Assembly: GCA_951406725.2 (NCBI GenBank)
Contig: OX597815.1
Span: forward strand, 196,292,001 to 196,356,000
Direction of reading: 5' to 3'
DNA: 64,000 nt
Origin: Octopus vulgaris
Lineage: Eukaryota
Of this stretch, positions 13,860-27,861 are shown piece after piece (the stretch's first letter is position 1; every line of letters begins with the position of its first letter). The position numbers and the translations under genes were made by a program. Under the pieces are notes generated by a model, which worked only from the letters and a program-made list of their open reading frames with translations, was not told the origin of the DNA and ran no database searches.

Positions 13860-15230
13860 TTTAGAGGTTAGTTGTATCAGGTGGACTGAGACTTATAAAG
13901 ATTCTTTTCCTATAGTTCAAGCTTCCTGATAACTGTAACAGTTGAAACAAACATATGTTGAATTGTCGTATAGTGCGATGAATATGTGGATACTTGAAAT
14001 GCTTTGAAACGTATAGTCTGGTCTGTATGTAATGGAAACATTTAGTCATATTCATTTAAACTCTATCGTTTCTCTGAGTTTCAAGTAAGCTGTATAAATA
14101 CTCATATTCTGTCTTTGTATTTGGTGGATTTTGATTGTGTCGACCATATTTCTGATATAGATAAAAGATGTTTTAAAACTCTTGTCGAGTAGACCTAGAC
14201 AATATTATTCATGATGGTGCACTTGGCGAAGATGTTGATTATGATAAGCTTCAAGAAGCTGAGCATACTGATGATCTTGTCTCCTTAGACATAGTGTAAC
14301 TCTAACTAGGTCATCTAATCTTTTTGTTACGTTAGGAATACTTAATTTGATATTTCAGCAATAAACTTAGATAAACTTAGATATCTTTCGACCAAAGATT
14401 GGTCCAGGCCATGTCTAACTTAATAACACCACCTGGTTGGATTATCTACATCCTATTTAAGTCAGGTTTTGTTTATGGTCCATTCAAGTAGTGAGTTTTT
14501 GTTGGGGGAGTTGTATCCAATTATGGGTGGCTTACCTGGTATTCCTTGAAGGAATCTATCCAGACTACAAAAGACATTGTAGATGCACATACGTGGACTT
14601 GATATGTCAGATATAATAGAAAAAATATATATCTTGCTATCTGCCATTGATCGGTCGTGATCAGAATCAATCTATGTACGACCATAATTCATTTTTGTAG
14701 CAATGTTTTTATGGTAGCATACCATATGGTACTGATGGTAGCATAAAATAAGGAAGATATTTGGTTGTTGTGACCGTGTTGATTATAACCAACTGTGTCG
14801 TACTGAGAGGAATATTAGAAGCTCAAAATGACGTAACCAGTAGGCAAGTTTCATTAAAGTCTTTCGGATGGTTTCTTATTTGCTGCTGAAAATAAATCTT
14901 TAGCAAAAATATCCTCGCAAATCGATATTAATGGTGCAATAAACGCATTAACAATGTAGGGTTTCGCAGCATAAGTGCCGTTTAACATACATTATGCAGC
15001 TGAACAATTTATCTCGAAGCATGCAGATATCTTTTAAATGCAACGACAATTGAAGATTGCTGACAAGCGAAATAAAACCTGTGCCTTTTCATTAAGATAG
15101 CGGGAAATTTTCTGATAAGAACGACGTAAAAAAGTATGATAAGAGTTCTCGTAAGTAATTATTTCAACATAGAAAACATTCCAATTGTTAATACTGGAAA
15201 ATTTATAGACCATCATTCGTGGTTTTAATC
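13860..15230 (-). pseudogene. Possible very old Penelope-like RT/GIY-YIG remnant
   Basis: Scattered minus-strand peptides across frameshifts (NDGL, TNLGR..YLSL, SYTM..KIIS, ICLFQ..SLNYRK..IS) occur in the order expected for a PLE ORF. Weak. Confidence 0.35.
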
Positions 15231-15365
15231 GCAGGTTTGTGCATGCGTGTACGTGAAATAGGGTGTGCGTGGATTTATAAACACTCTTCCACATGCGTAT
15301 GTAAATGTATGTGTGTTTGCGTGTGTATATGCGTACGAGTGTATACATACATACATACATATAAT

Positions 15366-15490
<125 letters not shown>

Positions 15491-17031
15491 TTATATATAT
15501 TTATCTGTACATATATATATATATATATATAAATACATACATATATATATTCACATATACACACACACTAACGCACACACGTATATATATGTGTGTGTGA
15601 TGTGTATGTATGCATGTGTGTAATCAATCAGTGCATTGATTATTTATTCCTGTTGGAAGGAAGGGAATTTCCTTCTCATAAGTCAATTTATATATTTTTT
15701 ATCAGAGAACTACAGGAAAGAAGGATGCATAAAAATATGCACGAAATACTTATTTCACTAACAGGGATTCATTATTGTCCAGATTTTATTAACTGTGCCG
15801 AAATGAAAGAACAAACTAAAGTTGTAATATACGTAAAAATTAATATATTGTTTACGAACAAACCTAAGTTATTTTCTTCTCTTCAAAAACACAAATCATA
15901 CTGTGATTTGTGATCCTTTCAAAAAAAACTATTGAATACACTGTACAATGACAGCAGCATTTACCTCATAGCCTATTTTCCAGTTCTGCTGTTACCCAGC
16001 TTTATTCTAACCATTCCGAGTGACAGGTATTGGACAGGTATTCCGATCTCTAACGCTTAGTAATCTCAGGCATGCATATCCGGGACTATTACCGGAGATT
16101 CGTTAGAGAATCGTTTAAAACTTTTGATAGTATTTTAAGCTGTTTGTGAAGTGCTTGTTTATTTCTATTGGTAGGGAGAGTATCATCTTCTGAAGAGTTA
16201 ATTACATTCATAAATTTTTAAGTGTTTTCGTCAGTGAAACGAATAATGCATATCATATGACATCTATGTCTGTCCTTAATATATTTTCCTTTGAAATATA
16301 ATCTTCAGTATTCATATATTACTGGTGTTTAAATTTAAAACTTTTTCAGCATAAATTTAGCAAGGTTCTTTGGGACTGATTTGTGTGTATTCATTTTGAA
16401 AATAATTATGGATGTTTATTTAACTTTTGCATAGCTTAATGATTCCGTATACAAGAGCACGCACACACACACAATTTTATTGTTCTATATACGTGCACGT
16501 TATCATACACACTCACTTATAAATACGCGTAAGCGTACCAACACAAACACATACCTACATACACGTACATACGAGATTACTCCAAATGTTATGCGAAAAA
16601 TATTCCCCAATAAATTTTACAATATTTTTCTAATGTTTAATTATTTACATTTACACGTATTTCAACAATCTCTATGTTGAACAAATATTAGTATTTGCAT
16701 ATCATCTTAAGCAGTGTGTTGGTCATAAAAATAACACCTATAACATTGTGTTGACAATAAAATTTAAGCTCCTGACTACAAGGCTTTTCGTCTCTTACAA
16801 TTTGAATTCAAAGAGAGAATTTTCGACATTTTATTTTCTTTTATATTTATCTTGTGATGTTTGTGATGTTAGTGGTAGGAAGTGTATAAAATCTGCATTA
16901 CATCAAAACTCGACCGCTTCATTGCAAATTCTGTGCAAGTTTTGAAATATACTTTGTCTTTACATATCCTTTACATTGTGTGCCAATTCAACTGAGAGTT
17001 TCGACTGAATCTTTAAAATAGCAACAGGTGT

Positions 17032-17688
17032 GTTGCTTTACTACCCACAAGAGGCTAAACATAGAGGGGACAAACAAGGACAAACAAAGGGATTAAGACG
17101 ATTACATCGACCCCAATGCTTAACTGGTATTTAATTTATCAACCCCGAAAGGATGAAAGGCAAAGTTGACCTCAGCGGAATTTGAACTCAGAAAGTAGCG
17201 GCAGCGAAATACCCATTTCTTTACTACCTAAAAAGGGGCTAAACACAGAGAGGACAAACAAGGAGAGACAAAGGGATTAAGACGACTAAATCGACCCCAG
17301 TGCGTAACTGGTACTTAATTTATCGACCCCGAAATGATGAAAGGCATAGTTGTTCTCGATGGAATTTGAACCCAGAACACGTAACGGCAGACGAAATACG
17401 ACTACATTGACCCCAGTGCGTAACTGACTTAATTATCGACCCCGAAAGGATGAAAGGCAAAGTCGACCTCAGCGGAATTTGAACTCAGAACGTAGCGGCA
17501 GACGAAATACATATTTCTTTACTACCCACAAAGGGCTAAACACAGAGAGAACAAACAAGGACAGACAAAGGGATTAAGACGACTACATCGACCCAGTGCG
17601 TAACTGGTACTTAATTTATCGGCCCCGAAATTTATGGACGTTACGCATTTCGCCCGGCGTGCTAACGATTCTGCCAGCTCGCCGCCTT
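17032..17688 (-). mobile_element. Tandem array of four SINE-C bodies with a single head
   Basis: Units start near 17032, 17213, 17401 (partial) and 17511; only the last carries the head GCCAGCTCGCCGCC. Confidence 0.9.
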
Positions 17689-18519
17689 AAAGATGTGTAT
17701 ATATGTGTTAGTGTGTGTGTGTTTGTTTGTGGGGGATGCGTGTACAGCTACACATGGAACAGCTGTTTTTTCCACCTCGTACCTCTACTTCTGCTTTTTT
17801 CTCTGAAACGTCGGTATGGTATTCCTTCGTCATATCTCATTTGATGGCCTTCGAAGTTCATTACGACCTGCTTGTGTATACAGCTCTTATATAACCACAT
17901 GTCATATCTTATCACATTAATACTAACCTCGTGTGTGCTTCCTGTTATATTGTGTCCATCCATGTATCGTACGATAAGTATATAAGCGTGAGTACGGAAC
18001 ATTATTTTTCTCTGCGTTCATAATAATTCAGCAATTCTGACGTCCAGATTCACACTAATAAATCCTCTATGTCTGTTAAGACACCTTTCAGCCAGGCTTT
18101 CATAAACGCTTTCTTCAAAGGCTTATAAAAACTCAGATCACATTTAGAAGAATTACATTCTTCCTTGCCTTTGTATTCCTCAGGCAAGATGGCACACGAG
18201 TACGACCGTCTCCACGACAAGCCCTGCAACGGCCACGAGCACGGCCACAAACACGGCCATTTTTTTTTACGCTCTCTCTTTGATAGTTCTTGAAAATACC
18301 TTGGGGTTCGATGGTCAGTGTGAGCGTATTTGTCCCACAGACAGTGATGCCTACTCGTGCAGAAGGAGGGTGTAGAAGCTGGGTATTGAAATCAATACGG
18401 CACAAACACAAACAGCTTGTTTATTAGGGAGAGGAGGGATCATAAGGTTTGTAGGTACATAGAGTCAGCAAGCTACTTGTTGCGAAGAAAATTGCCCTCA
18501 CTTGCTTAATTATATGTAA

Positions 18520-18804
<285 letters not shown>

Positions 18805-19725
18805 ATAGAGCTAATAATGCCGACGTTGACAAAGCCCTTACACATTAATAGTTGATGTATTCTAGCTTAAATTCAGAAGGGTTTATCATAGCAGTTCAAG
18901 ATCAATGCGTACCTAAAAGAAACTAACAGGCCAACATATTAAAGAACAACAGCTTCCCAACATGTGTATGTCAACAACAAAATGAAACCTTTGATCATAT
19001 TGTCACTATGTGTAGTCTTCTTGCGCCTACAGAGTATCTCAACAGGCATAATAGAGCTGCACAATATAATCACTGGGTGATTTGCAAAAACGTGGACTTG
19101 TCCCATGATAAAAAATCTGGTGGAAACAAAAAACCCTCTAGTGCTTGAACATGATCGCATCTCACTCTACTGGAACTTCACCATTCAAGCTGACAGAAAG
19201 ATAGATGCAAATAGGCCAGGCATTATATTGAAAGACTTCAGACAAAAATCTTGTCTCCTCATTGATATGACTGTCCCAATCGATATAAACGTATCTGTCA
19301 AGACCTACCAAAAACTGAGCGAATATAAAGATTTTGAAATAGAAATTGGCAAAATGTGGAACCTGAGGACTAAATCAATGCCTGTTGTCACAGGTGCCCT
19401 AGGAATGATAGCAAAAGTGACTGATTGTTACCTAGCTCTGAAACTAGGAAACCCCACAAATGGCAGAAATTCAAAGGATAGTGGTCATGGGAACTGCCCA
19501 TATGCTACGTAATATACTGTCGATGCAATATCAAACTTTAAAAGAAACTCATAATTTTCATGTTTTCTTAAACATTCTCTAGAACAACACTATGTGCAAA
19601 ACCAAATATATGACACCCTAGGCATAACACGAACAGGAACTTCTAACTTGTTGGCTCTTGAAGTCTTTGGGTGAGACTTGCAGCTAACTTGTACAAATGT
19701 AAAGCAAAAGTCAAACACAAAATAA
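18805..19725 (+). pseudogene. R4/Dong-clade non-LTR retrotransposon, 5'-truncated (CCHC knuckle, RLE endonuclease, 3' UTR)
   Basis: Reads SEGFIIAVQDQ..., C.VCQQQNETFDHIVTMC, YLNRHN, WNFTIQADRKIDANRPGII...LIDMTVP...KLSEYKDFEIEIGKMW...PVVTGALG; ends in (AAT)n. Confidence 0.9.
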
Positions 19726-19737
19726 TAATAATAATAA

Positions 19738-20030
19738 GACGTGTGTAGAAAGGAATTCTTGGAGGTTTTGATAATTCATCATCGGAAACATGGGTGGTTC
19801 GTTCAACGTCCTTAAACAATCCTTATTCATGGACCTTTTGAGCGCGATCGGCTACTCGACCAGAAGAATATTCTAACTGGGCCTCACCTGCAAGGATATG
19901 CGCTATTTATCATGATATGAGATCAGCATGTCGCGTATATTTGGTTGTGATTCATGTGCCTAGTGTACCCTTATCAGACGGGTAGTTATTTTATCACAGT
20001 GTCACTTTGATAGCATGCACTCTCTCACTC

Positions 20031-20032
<2 letters not shown>
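19738..20032 (+). repeat. Unclassified interspersed repeat X, 3' part, ending in (AAT)n
   Basis: Homologous to 35468-35787 (GGAAACATGGGTGGTTCGTTCAAC...TACCCTTATCAGACGGGTAGT...CACTCAATAAT). Confidence 0.8.
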
Positions 20033-20072
<40 letters not shown>

Positions 20073-20076
<4 letters not shown>

Positions 20077-20266
20077 CACCAGGACTTACAAGCACATATA
20101 ACATACAGAAAATTGCACTACTGGGCACTGCACACATCCTACGCAGAACACTTTCAATACAATAACCATCAGAGCATCACAACAAACCACAGCACATACC
20201 CAAGGCACACAGAGCTGCGCTCGGTAGGGAAGTGAAAGCACGCTATAAAAAATAAAGCTACTGAAC
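20073..20266 (+). mobile_element. Second R4/Dong family, 3' end
   Basis: Reads KTPGLTSTYNIQKIALLGTAHILRRTLSIQ* then a UTR; flanked on both sides by (AAT)n. Confidence 0.85.
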
Positions 20267-21049
20267 AATAATAATAATAATACTAATAATAATGATGATG
20301 ATGATGATTTTTTTAGTTTTGATGTTAATGATGACGATGATGATGATTTTAAATAGTTTTGATATTGATGTTAATAACGATGATTTCGATGATGATAATA
20401 ATATTCTTTTCAATCTTTTTTCAGCTACCAAAGAAAAACTGCTGTGTGAGTATAAAGCTTATCTATCATATTGTATGACTGGCATCATTTATAAATTATG
20501 AAATTACGTTTAAGAGAGAAGAGATAGAGTTCACCAGATTATTGATTTTTTGAAATATTGAACAATAGAGCGCAAGATCATCAGTTTTACTATTCTGAAT
20601 TTATCATATTGATAGAAACAAGAACAATCAATTTAGCTAATTTATAGTATCAGATCATTTCTCTTTTTTATACTTTTTCAATTGCGATATTATCCAACTT
20701 ATATAACTAAATAATTTCTATGTGCTGCGTTGACAATAGCTCTACGTTTCGGTCTATTAACGTTGTCTATTATCAGTTCTGAATAGCTGCTTTCAAATCA
20801 TGTTATTGAAATATTTCCTTATATATATAATTCTTCAAATCGTTCGAACAATCTGAAGAATAGAAGAAAAGCTAAGCAATTCTTCTTCGACTCCACCCTA
20901 CTGATTTGAAACAAGGACATGTTGTTCCAGATATATGAAACAAGACGGGGTTGTCATGGGGTGACGTTGCATCTGTTCAGAGATGTTAAAGCGCCTCTGG
21001 TGTGAACAACCGGAACTACATTATCAGAGTGTTTGCTGTTTGAAAATTT

Positions 21050-21284
21050 CAGTTACTCTTTTACTTGTTTCAGTCATGTGACTGTGGCCATGTTGGGGCA
21101 CGGTCTTGAAGAATATATAATCGAATGTATCGACCCCAGTACTTTATTTTTCAGTCTGGTACTTATATTATCGATCTCTTTTGCCGAACTGTTAAGTTAC
21201 GGGAACATAAACACACCAGCACCGGTTGCCAAGCGGTGGAAGTGGGGAGAACAAACAGACACACACATAAACACACAAACGCGC

Positions 21285-21365
<81 letters not shown>

Positions 21366-21527
21366 CGACGGGCCTCTTTCAGTTTCCGTCTACCAAATCC
21401 CTTCACAGGGCTTTGGTGTGCCCGAGTCTATAGTAGAAGACAATTGCCCAAAATGCCACGCAGTGAGACTGAAGCCGGAACCATGTGGTTGGGTAGCAAG
21501 CTTCTTACCACGCAGCCATGCCTGCGC
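21050..21527 (-). mobile_element. SINE family B (tRNA head, internal (TA)n/(CA)n, GAGTAAAA tail)
   Basis: Full-length homology to the copies at 38525 and 43006. Confidence 0.9.
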
Positions 21528-22383
21528 GTATGAGGGTAAATATTTTATTTTTTCCTGCAATTGCCAGAGTAGTGTCATTCAACTCCTGGCACTAAAATGC
21601 CTCTTGTTGAACTTGTAACATCACAAATAGCCTACCTTCGTTGCATTAGATTTATACTGTGTTATGGACGGGAAATACGTGTGTTATTTTCATTTATATT
21701 CTCCCCACAAAACTTCTGTAACTACCCAAAACGTGTGTTACACGCTGTTTAAGAAACACTTCTCTAAACCAAATATATGTATACAATATGTATCTAGAAG
21801 ACGATCGGGGTTTGATAGGTATGAGGAGTTGAGTTGGAAGACGAATGTAAAGTAAATAAACAAATAAACAAATAAATAAATAAATAAATAAATAAATAAA
21901 AGGTGGTTCATATTCAAATTACTTTCTAAACAGTAGACCATGCACATATGTTTTATATTTAAGAATAAACAGGAAATGTGAAATTGTATCGTTCCTGTTC
22001 TTGTATTTTTTTCTTAAGCGTATATAATAAGCGTAAATAGCTGAAGTTAATTCTCTTCAACGCGGAATGTAAAATACGTAACAGACGTGACTTCCCGCTT
22101 CGCTATAAGTACCGCACGTATACAATTTTGTTTACCTTTGTTATTCTTGTTTACAACGTTGTTCATCTTCAGCGAGTCGAAAACAGATCCATGGAAAAAA
22201 AAAACATCTCTCATTTTAAGTCTTACGTGTTATATCTAAGCCTACACTATCGAATATTGTCTTTTATCGGTTTTAAATGATTTGTTTGTGATGTGAATGA
22301 TATTCAATAGTTACTTCTAATAGGTTTGTAGTATTTTTTTCAGGAACGATATTGGTGGTGTGGATGTGACTTTTAATAATTTT

Positions 22384-22706
22384 AGGCGCAGGAGTGGCTG
22401 TGTGGTAGGTAGCTTGCTTACCAACCACATGGTTCTGGGTTCAGTCTTACTGTTTTGACACAATGGGCAAGTGTCTTCTACTATAGCCTCGGGCTGACCA
22501 AAGCCTTGTGAATGGATTTGGAAGAAGGAAACTGAAAGAAGCCCATCGTATGTATGTATATATATGTATATATGTATGTGTGTGTATATGTTTGTGTGCC
22601 TGTGTTTTCTGTGTTTGTCCCCCCAACATCGCTGGACAAGAGACGCTGGTGTGTTTACGTCCCCGTAACACAGCGGTTCGGCAAAAGAAACGATAGAATA
22701 AGCACT
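22384..22706 (+). mobile_element. SINE family B, 3'-truncated
   Basis: Head AGGCGCAGGAGTGGCTGTGTGGTAGGTAGCTTGCTTACCAACCACATGG. Confidence 0.9.
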
Positions 22707-23082
22707 ATACTTATTCTATCGTGCTGGAGCACCGACTTTAGACGAGCAAATCGCCCTCAGGATTTATTCTTTATAAGCCTAGTACTTATTCTATCGGTCA
22801 CTTTTGCCGATCCGCTAAGTTACGGGGACGTAAACACACCAGCATTGGTTGTCAAACTATGTTGGCGGGCACAAATACAAATACACAAACATGTACACAC
22901 ACATATATATATATATATAGGACAGACGTCTTTCAGTTTCTGTCTACCGAATTCAATCACAAGGCTTTGGTCAGCCCGAGGCTATAGTAGAAGACACTTG
23001 CCCAAGGTGTCACGCAGTGGGACTGAACCCGGAACCATGTGGTTCGTAAGCAAGCTATTTACCACACAGCTACTCCTACGCC
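22707..23082 (-). mobile_element. SINE family B, tail-to-tail with the previous copy
   Basis: Reverse-complement homology; head ends ...ACCACACAGCTACTCCTACGCC. Confidence 0.9.
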
Positions 23083-23374
23083 AATGTGAACGAAAATCTA
23101 CGAATAGAAACCAGTTAAACTTATCTTCTTTTATCAAATATTTGTTTTAGTCAGTGGACTACGGCTCTGCTTTAGCAACTTCCTTGAAAGCTTCTAATCG
23201 AAAGTATCTCCTCCAATACTTCCTTTGTAATGTCTGGCACTTATTCTATTGCTCATGTTCCCAACTTGCTAAGCTACGAGTACATAAACGAAACGACACT
23301 AGCTGTCAAACTGTGATGGGGGGGGACAAACACAGACTCACCCATATAGATATTTACGTATATAAGATGGCCTT

Positions 23375-23822
23375 ACATTGAAGGCGCATGGCTCAGTGGT
23401 TAGAGCGTCGAGCTTACGATCGTGAGGTTTTGAGTTCGAATCCTGGACCGGACTGCGTGTTCTTGAGTGTTCTTGAGCAAGACACTTTGTTTCACGTTGC
23501 TCCAGTTCACTCAGCTGTAGAAAGGAGTTGCCACGTCGACATTACGATCGTGAGGTTGTGAGTTCGAATCCCGGACCGGGCTGCGTGTTGTGTTCTTGAG
23601 CAAGACACTTTATTTCCCGTTGCTCCAGTTCACTAAGCTGTAGAAAGGAGTTGCAGCGTCACAGATGCCAAGCTGTGTCGGCCTTTGCCTTTCCCTTGGA
23701 TAACACTTGTGGCGTAGAGAGTGGAGGCCGGTATGCATGGGCGACTTGCCCGGACTTGTGCTTGAGAGGGTAACTTTCTAGGTGCAATCCCATGGTCATT
23801 CATTACAGAAGGGTGTCTCAGC
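23375..23822 (+). mobile_element. SINE family D (tRNA-derived) with internal ~120 bp duplication
   Basis: Head GGCGCATGGCTCAGTGGTTAGAGCG...GAGTTCGAATCC; 11-bp TSD AAGATGGCCTT at 23364-23374 and 23823-23833. Confidence 0.9.
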
Positions 23823-23844
23823 AAGATGGCCTTCTATTATTTTT

Positions 23845-24152
23845 TTTATGAATGACGAAGCCCCTTTGAGCATAATCCTATGAAACGCGAAAAATTTAAA
23901 ACAGAGAGTTATTTACTTGCAAATTAATGTGTTAACATGTGACATTATTGACCGAAGTTACCGTGGTCTTTTCCGTAGGCTTTTCTTTCCACGGATAAAC
24001 CTTATCTGCGTCCCCCTTTACACTTTACACCATGACATTTCTGTGATACACGATCCCTATTGATCGTTTGTTTTTTCTCCCCAAAACGAAAAGCTCTACT
24101 TTGTAATTTGTCCCGTCTGTGTTCAGCCCTGTGTGGATAATAAAGAAACATA
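23845..24152 (+). mobile_element. Tx1/L1-like LINE 3' end (ORF end plus UTR)
   Basis: Homologous to 54620-54700 (-) and 53245-53481; ends GTGTGGATAATAAAGAAACATA. Clade assignment is from recall. Confidence 0.65.
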
Positions 24153-25045
24153 TTAATTTTTGTTTATCAAATCCATGCTCAAGGATTTCGTCGTTATGGG
24201 GGCTATGGTACAACACCTCAGGTGCCATTCCGTGGAACTGAACCTGAAACCTGCCACATTGGCGCCAGGAAATTGTTTTATCCAAATAGCGCTTTGCATT
24301 ATCAGAAACATTACTATACGAATGAATGCATTAAGAGGATGTTTGATTTGATCTAAATAGCATTTGATGCATATTGAATGCCTATGATCTGTAAAATATT
24401 TAAGCATCAAACTAACAGGAATTAATCAATAGTTTTATATTTGCTATCTAAAAACATTCAACGATTATAAAATATAATTATTGAAATTGTGTTCTGTTTA
24501 TGGAGAATTTGTATCTTGATAAGGAATATAAACGTTTCTTGATTTAATTAAACAAAAAGGAAGATTTGTTTATGGTATCCTATCCATAAAATAACACTAA
24601 TTCAAATGTAACAAATATTATGAGAATTAGTAAACTGAATAAAATCATACAAATCTTTGCTTACTTCCTATCATAGCTGCATCATTTACAATTGCAAATT
24701 GTATTTAATTACTAAATTTTTGATCATGAAAAAATATTAAGTAATTCATTGAAGTATTATTAAAATCATTCGAGGTTTTATATAGTTTAAATTGACTAAT
24801 TTATTTTGGCTCACGTGTGTTTACCAATACAACATGCGAAATATATTCTTTATCATTTATGTATTCAGATATCAGGTTTTCTTGTAGAGAGTCACAACAA
24901 GGGATCAAATGAAAGAATATCCCTGCTCCGATGATAGGAATAAAAATGTAAAAGCAAAGTAGAAAGACTGGAGCTAGAACAGGAAAGTAGGATGTACTGG
25001 AAACGAAAACTACACGAAAGTAGAATAAGGGGACATATCAGTATG

Positions 25046-25338
25046 TTTGTATTTCCTTGTCGAGCCACGCCTGGCTCATAAGGGCCGGTTTCCCGGTTTC
25101 CTTGGCGTATAGGTTCCCCACCTGGACGGGACGCCGGTCTGTCGCAGGTAAGCTGCAAGAGAAAAGAGTGAGGGAAAGTTGTGGCGAAAACGTCAGAAAT
25201 TCGCCATTATCTTCTGCCGGAGCCGTGTGGAGCTTAAGTGTTTCGCTCTAAACACACACATCGCCCGGTCTGAGATTCGAACCAGCGATCGCTCGAATAT
25301 GAGTCCGCTGCTCTAAATGCTAGGCCATGTGCCTCCAC
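25046..25338 (-). mobile_element. SINE family A (tail type 2)
   Basis: SINE-A head and body; 13-bp TSD ACATATCAGTATG at 25033-25045 and 25339-25351. Confidence 0.92.
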
Positions 25339-26419
25339 ACATATCAGTATGAGGAGCTACTAAATCTTATACCATTTTCTTAGTTTTGCAGTCAAAGGCG
25401 ACTGCTGCATAATTATTACATAGGCTTAGAAACACGTATGGAATGTATTCTAGCAGTCACATGCTAGCGAATATGGCATGGGAATATGTGTCGTGCTTTC
25501 AATAATTGTTTTATGTAATCGTAAGCAAACATTTCCACTCTCTCGGCCAGCCTATTCTTGATTTTGCGCAACGCCCAGAATGTAGCTGTTTAAGCAAAAG
25601 GAATCTGCACTGCCCTCAGTTTGTAGGCATTTCAGCTGAGTAAAATACATAGATAAAATTAAGTGCTTCTCTCAAATACACAACGTTTTGGTCGGTCGTG
25701 GAATCGAACCCACTCACGTAGTGTTTTTGGTCAACAAATTAGCCCCTTGAACATGTGCTATTATAAAAGGCATGTACAACGAAAGAAAAGCACTTTGAAA
25801 TCTAGAATTCTTATATTTTGTTAAAAATATCTAATCAGTATGTGTGTATGCTAAGAATTAATTTCAGACAGATGTGAGTTGCAGTAAAATGATCTAAGAA
25901 AATTACTTGTGTTATTTTTTGAAACCTTTATCCTCTTGAACTATAGATGCTTGTAACCAAGGGTTATGTTGTGTATGCTTAAAATCCCTTATCTCCAGGA
26001 AATTAATGTCACATATGTTTTATTTATAGCGGAATATTATCATGTTAACATTTAATTTTCCTCTTTACCTCAATGAAACTGCATCCGTATTGAATTAACA
26101 TTTTAATAGCTTCGTATTTTCATGATTCATAGCAAATATATTCTTTTTAATTACATTTTTGTTTCCAGCTGGAAATTACCTACCTAACCTATTTTGGTAT
26201 TTTGGGAGGATCTGCTGTATAAATATTCTTATCAGCTTTCTGAACACAGATTCTAACATTCTTTATTATTTATTTACGGAATTAGAGTAAGCTAAACTAA
26301 TCTGAACTGGTATAGCTTAATCCGTCGTAACTGTTTTTTTTTGTTATTTTCTGCATATAGTCATGTGTTCAATTGATAGTATCGCCCTCACGGTTTCTCC
26401 AGCTTTAGATTTCGCTATG

Positions 26420-26905
26420 ATTTCATCAACATCATCATTGTCCGACCGTGGTCGAGACAATGGAATTTACCATGCTACGCCAGACTTCACGGTCCATCAT
26501 AGCATTACGGAGGTCCTGTTGCTGGATGCCTGTATCCCTGGAGATTACATCAGGGTAAGAGAGTGTGCGCCCTCTGGTATTGCGAGTAGATGACTTCCAG
26601 AGGAGAAGAGTAGAAATTAACTCGTTTTCAGCTCTACAACAATGTCCAGCAAACTGGACTCTCCTACCTTTCACAAGAGATGACACAGGTGGTAGTTTCC
26701 CATATATTTGCATTTTGGTTGGATGACGCTTCCACGAGAGATTTTGAGCTCTCATATAAGGAGGCGAGTGTAGGTTCCATCCAACCGCCTCTCAAGCTTC
26801 TTTGATAACGTCCAGGTTTCTGATCCGTATAGTAGAATTCGTTCGACTGTGGCTCTGAAGATTCCAAGTTTGAAGTCTCTACTTAGATTTGATGACCAGA
26901 TCTTA
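26420..26905 (-). pseudogene. RTE-clade LINE 3' fragment
   Basis: Reads LLYGSETWTLSKKLERRLDGTYTRLLMRAQNLSWKRHPT...RRVQFAGHCCRA...LLLW...AMMDREVWR; (TGA)n tail. Confidence 0.9.
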
Positions 26906-27197
26906 TGCTATAATTTAGAAAAGTACTGACGCGTTTAAACAATATGAGGATATAGCTGGGATGTAATGATTCTGTAACAAGTTAAAGAACAATATGAATT
27001 AGAAGAACTAAGATTGGGAGCAAAATCAAACTAAACGAATTCGAATTACAAGCGTCATCGGGCAGACAGTTATCCACGTGTTCAAATTCCCTTGAAACAT
27101 AATTATATATTAACTAACTTTCATTGAACCAATATATAAACAACGAGGTGTCAAGGATTCTGTTAATATTTTACGAGTATCAGCAATTTCACTAAAG

Positions 27198-27797
27198 TAT
27201 TGAGTTGTCCGGAAACTTCGTGCCGATTTATAGTAGCTTACCTTTCGACTTATTTTATAACATGTTTGGGATCTTTTCTAAAAGATGGACAGAATTTTTT
27301 AGTTAACTAAACAATTTGAAACTTCGTATACCGGTAGAATATGTCAAAAGAAAACATTAATTTCAACTAGATTTTTTGAGAAAATTGTATTTTGTAACTT
27401 GTAACTTGTAACTTTTACGTAGTTTAATTCTTCGAATTTTAACCAATGAAATCCCAGCATTTGACCTAAATTCATTTGCTGCGTCTAAGTAAACAACACA
27501 CACATACACACGCACACGTGTTATTCATCCATCACTTCTGTCTTCTGGGATCTTTTCTGTTTGATGGACGGAATTTTCTAGTTAACTAAAAAATTTGAAA
27601 CTTCGTATACTGGTAGAATGTGTCAAAAGAAAACATTATTGTAAACAAAATTGAAAACAAAATTGTAATTTGTAACTTAAACGTAGTTTAATTTTACGAA
27701 TTTTAACCAAAGAAATCCCAACATCTTCGAATTTTAACCAATGAAATCCCAGCATTGCTGCGTTATCGATATTGATAAAGAAATATAGCAGACGCAC

Positions 27798-27861
<64 letters not shown>

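Larger units (their letters stand above)
23245..24275 (-). mobile_element. Old SINE-B split by two younger insertions
   Basis: The 3' half (23245-23374) and 5' half (24153-24275) are colinear with the SINE-B consensus. Confidence 0.6.

Noticed and set aside
17032-17688. CRISPR-like repeat/spacer array
   Set aside because: Units are SINE bodies without unique spacers; eukaryotic context and no cas genes.
21033-23150. Recurrent peptides such as SFRLPNPLTRLWSARGYSRRHLPK suggesting a gene family
   Set aside because: They are antisense translations of SINE-B copies.
23381-23455. tRNA gene
   Set aside because: tRNA-like A/B boxes continue into a SINE body bounded by a TSD; the same applies at 51318.
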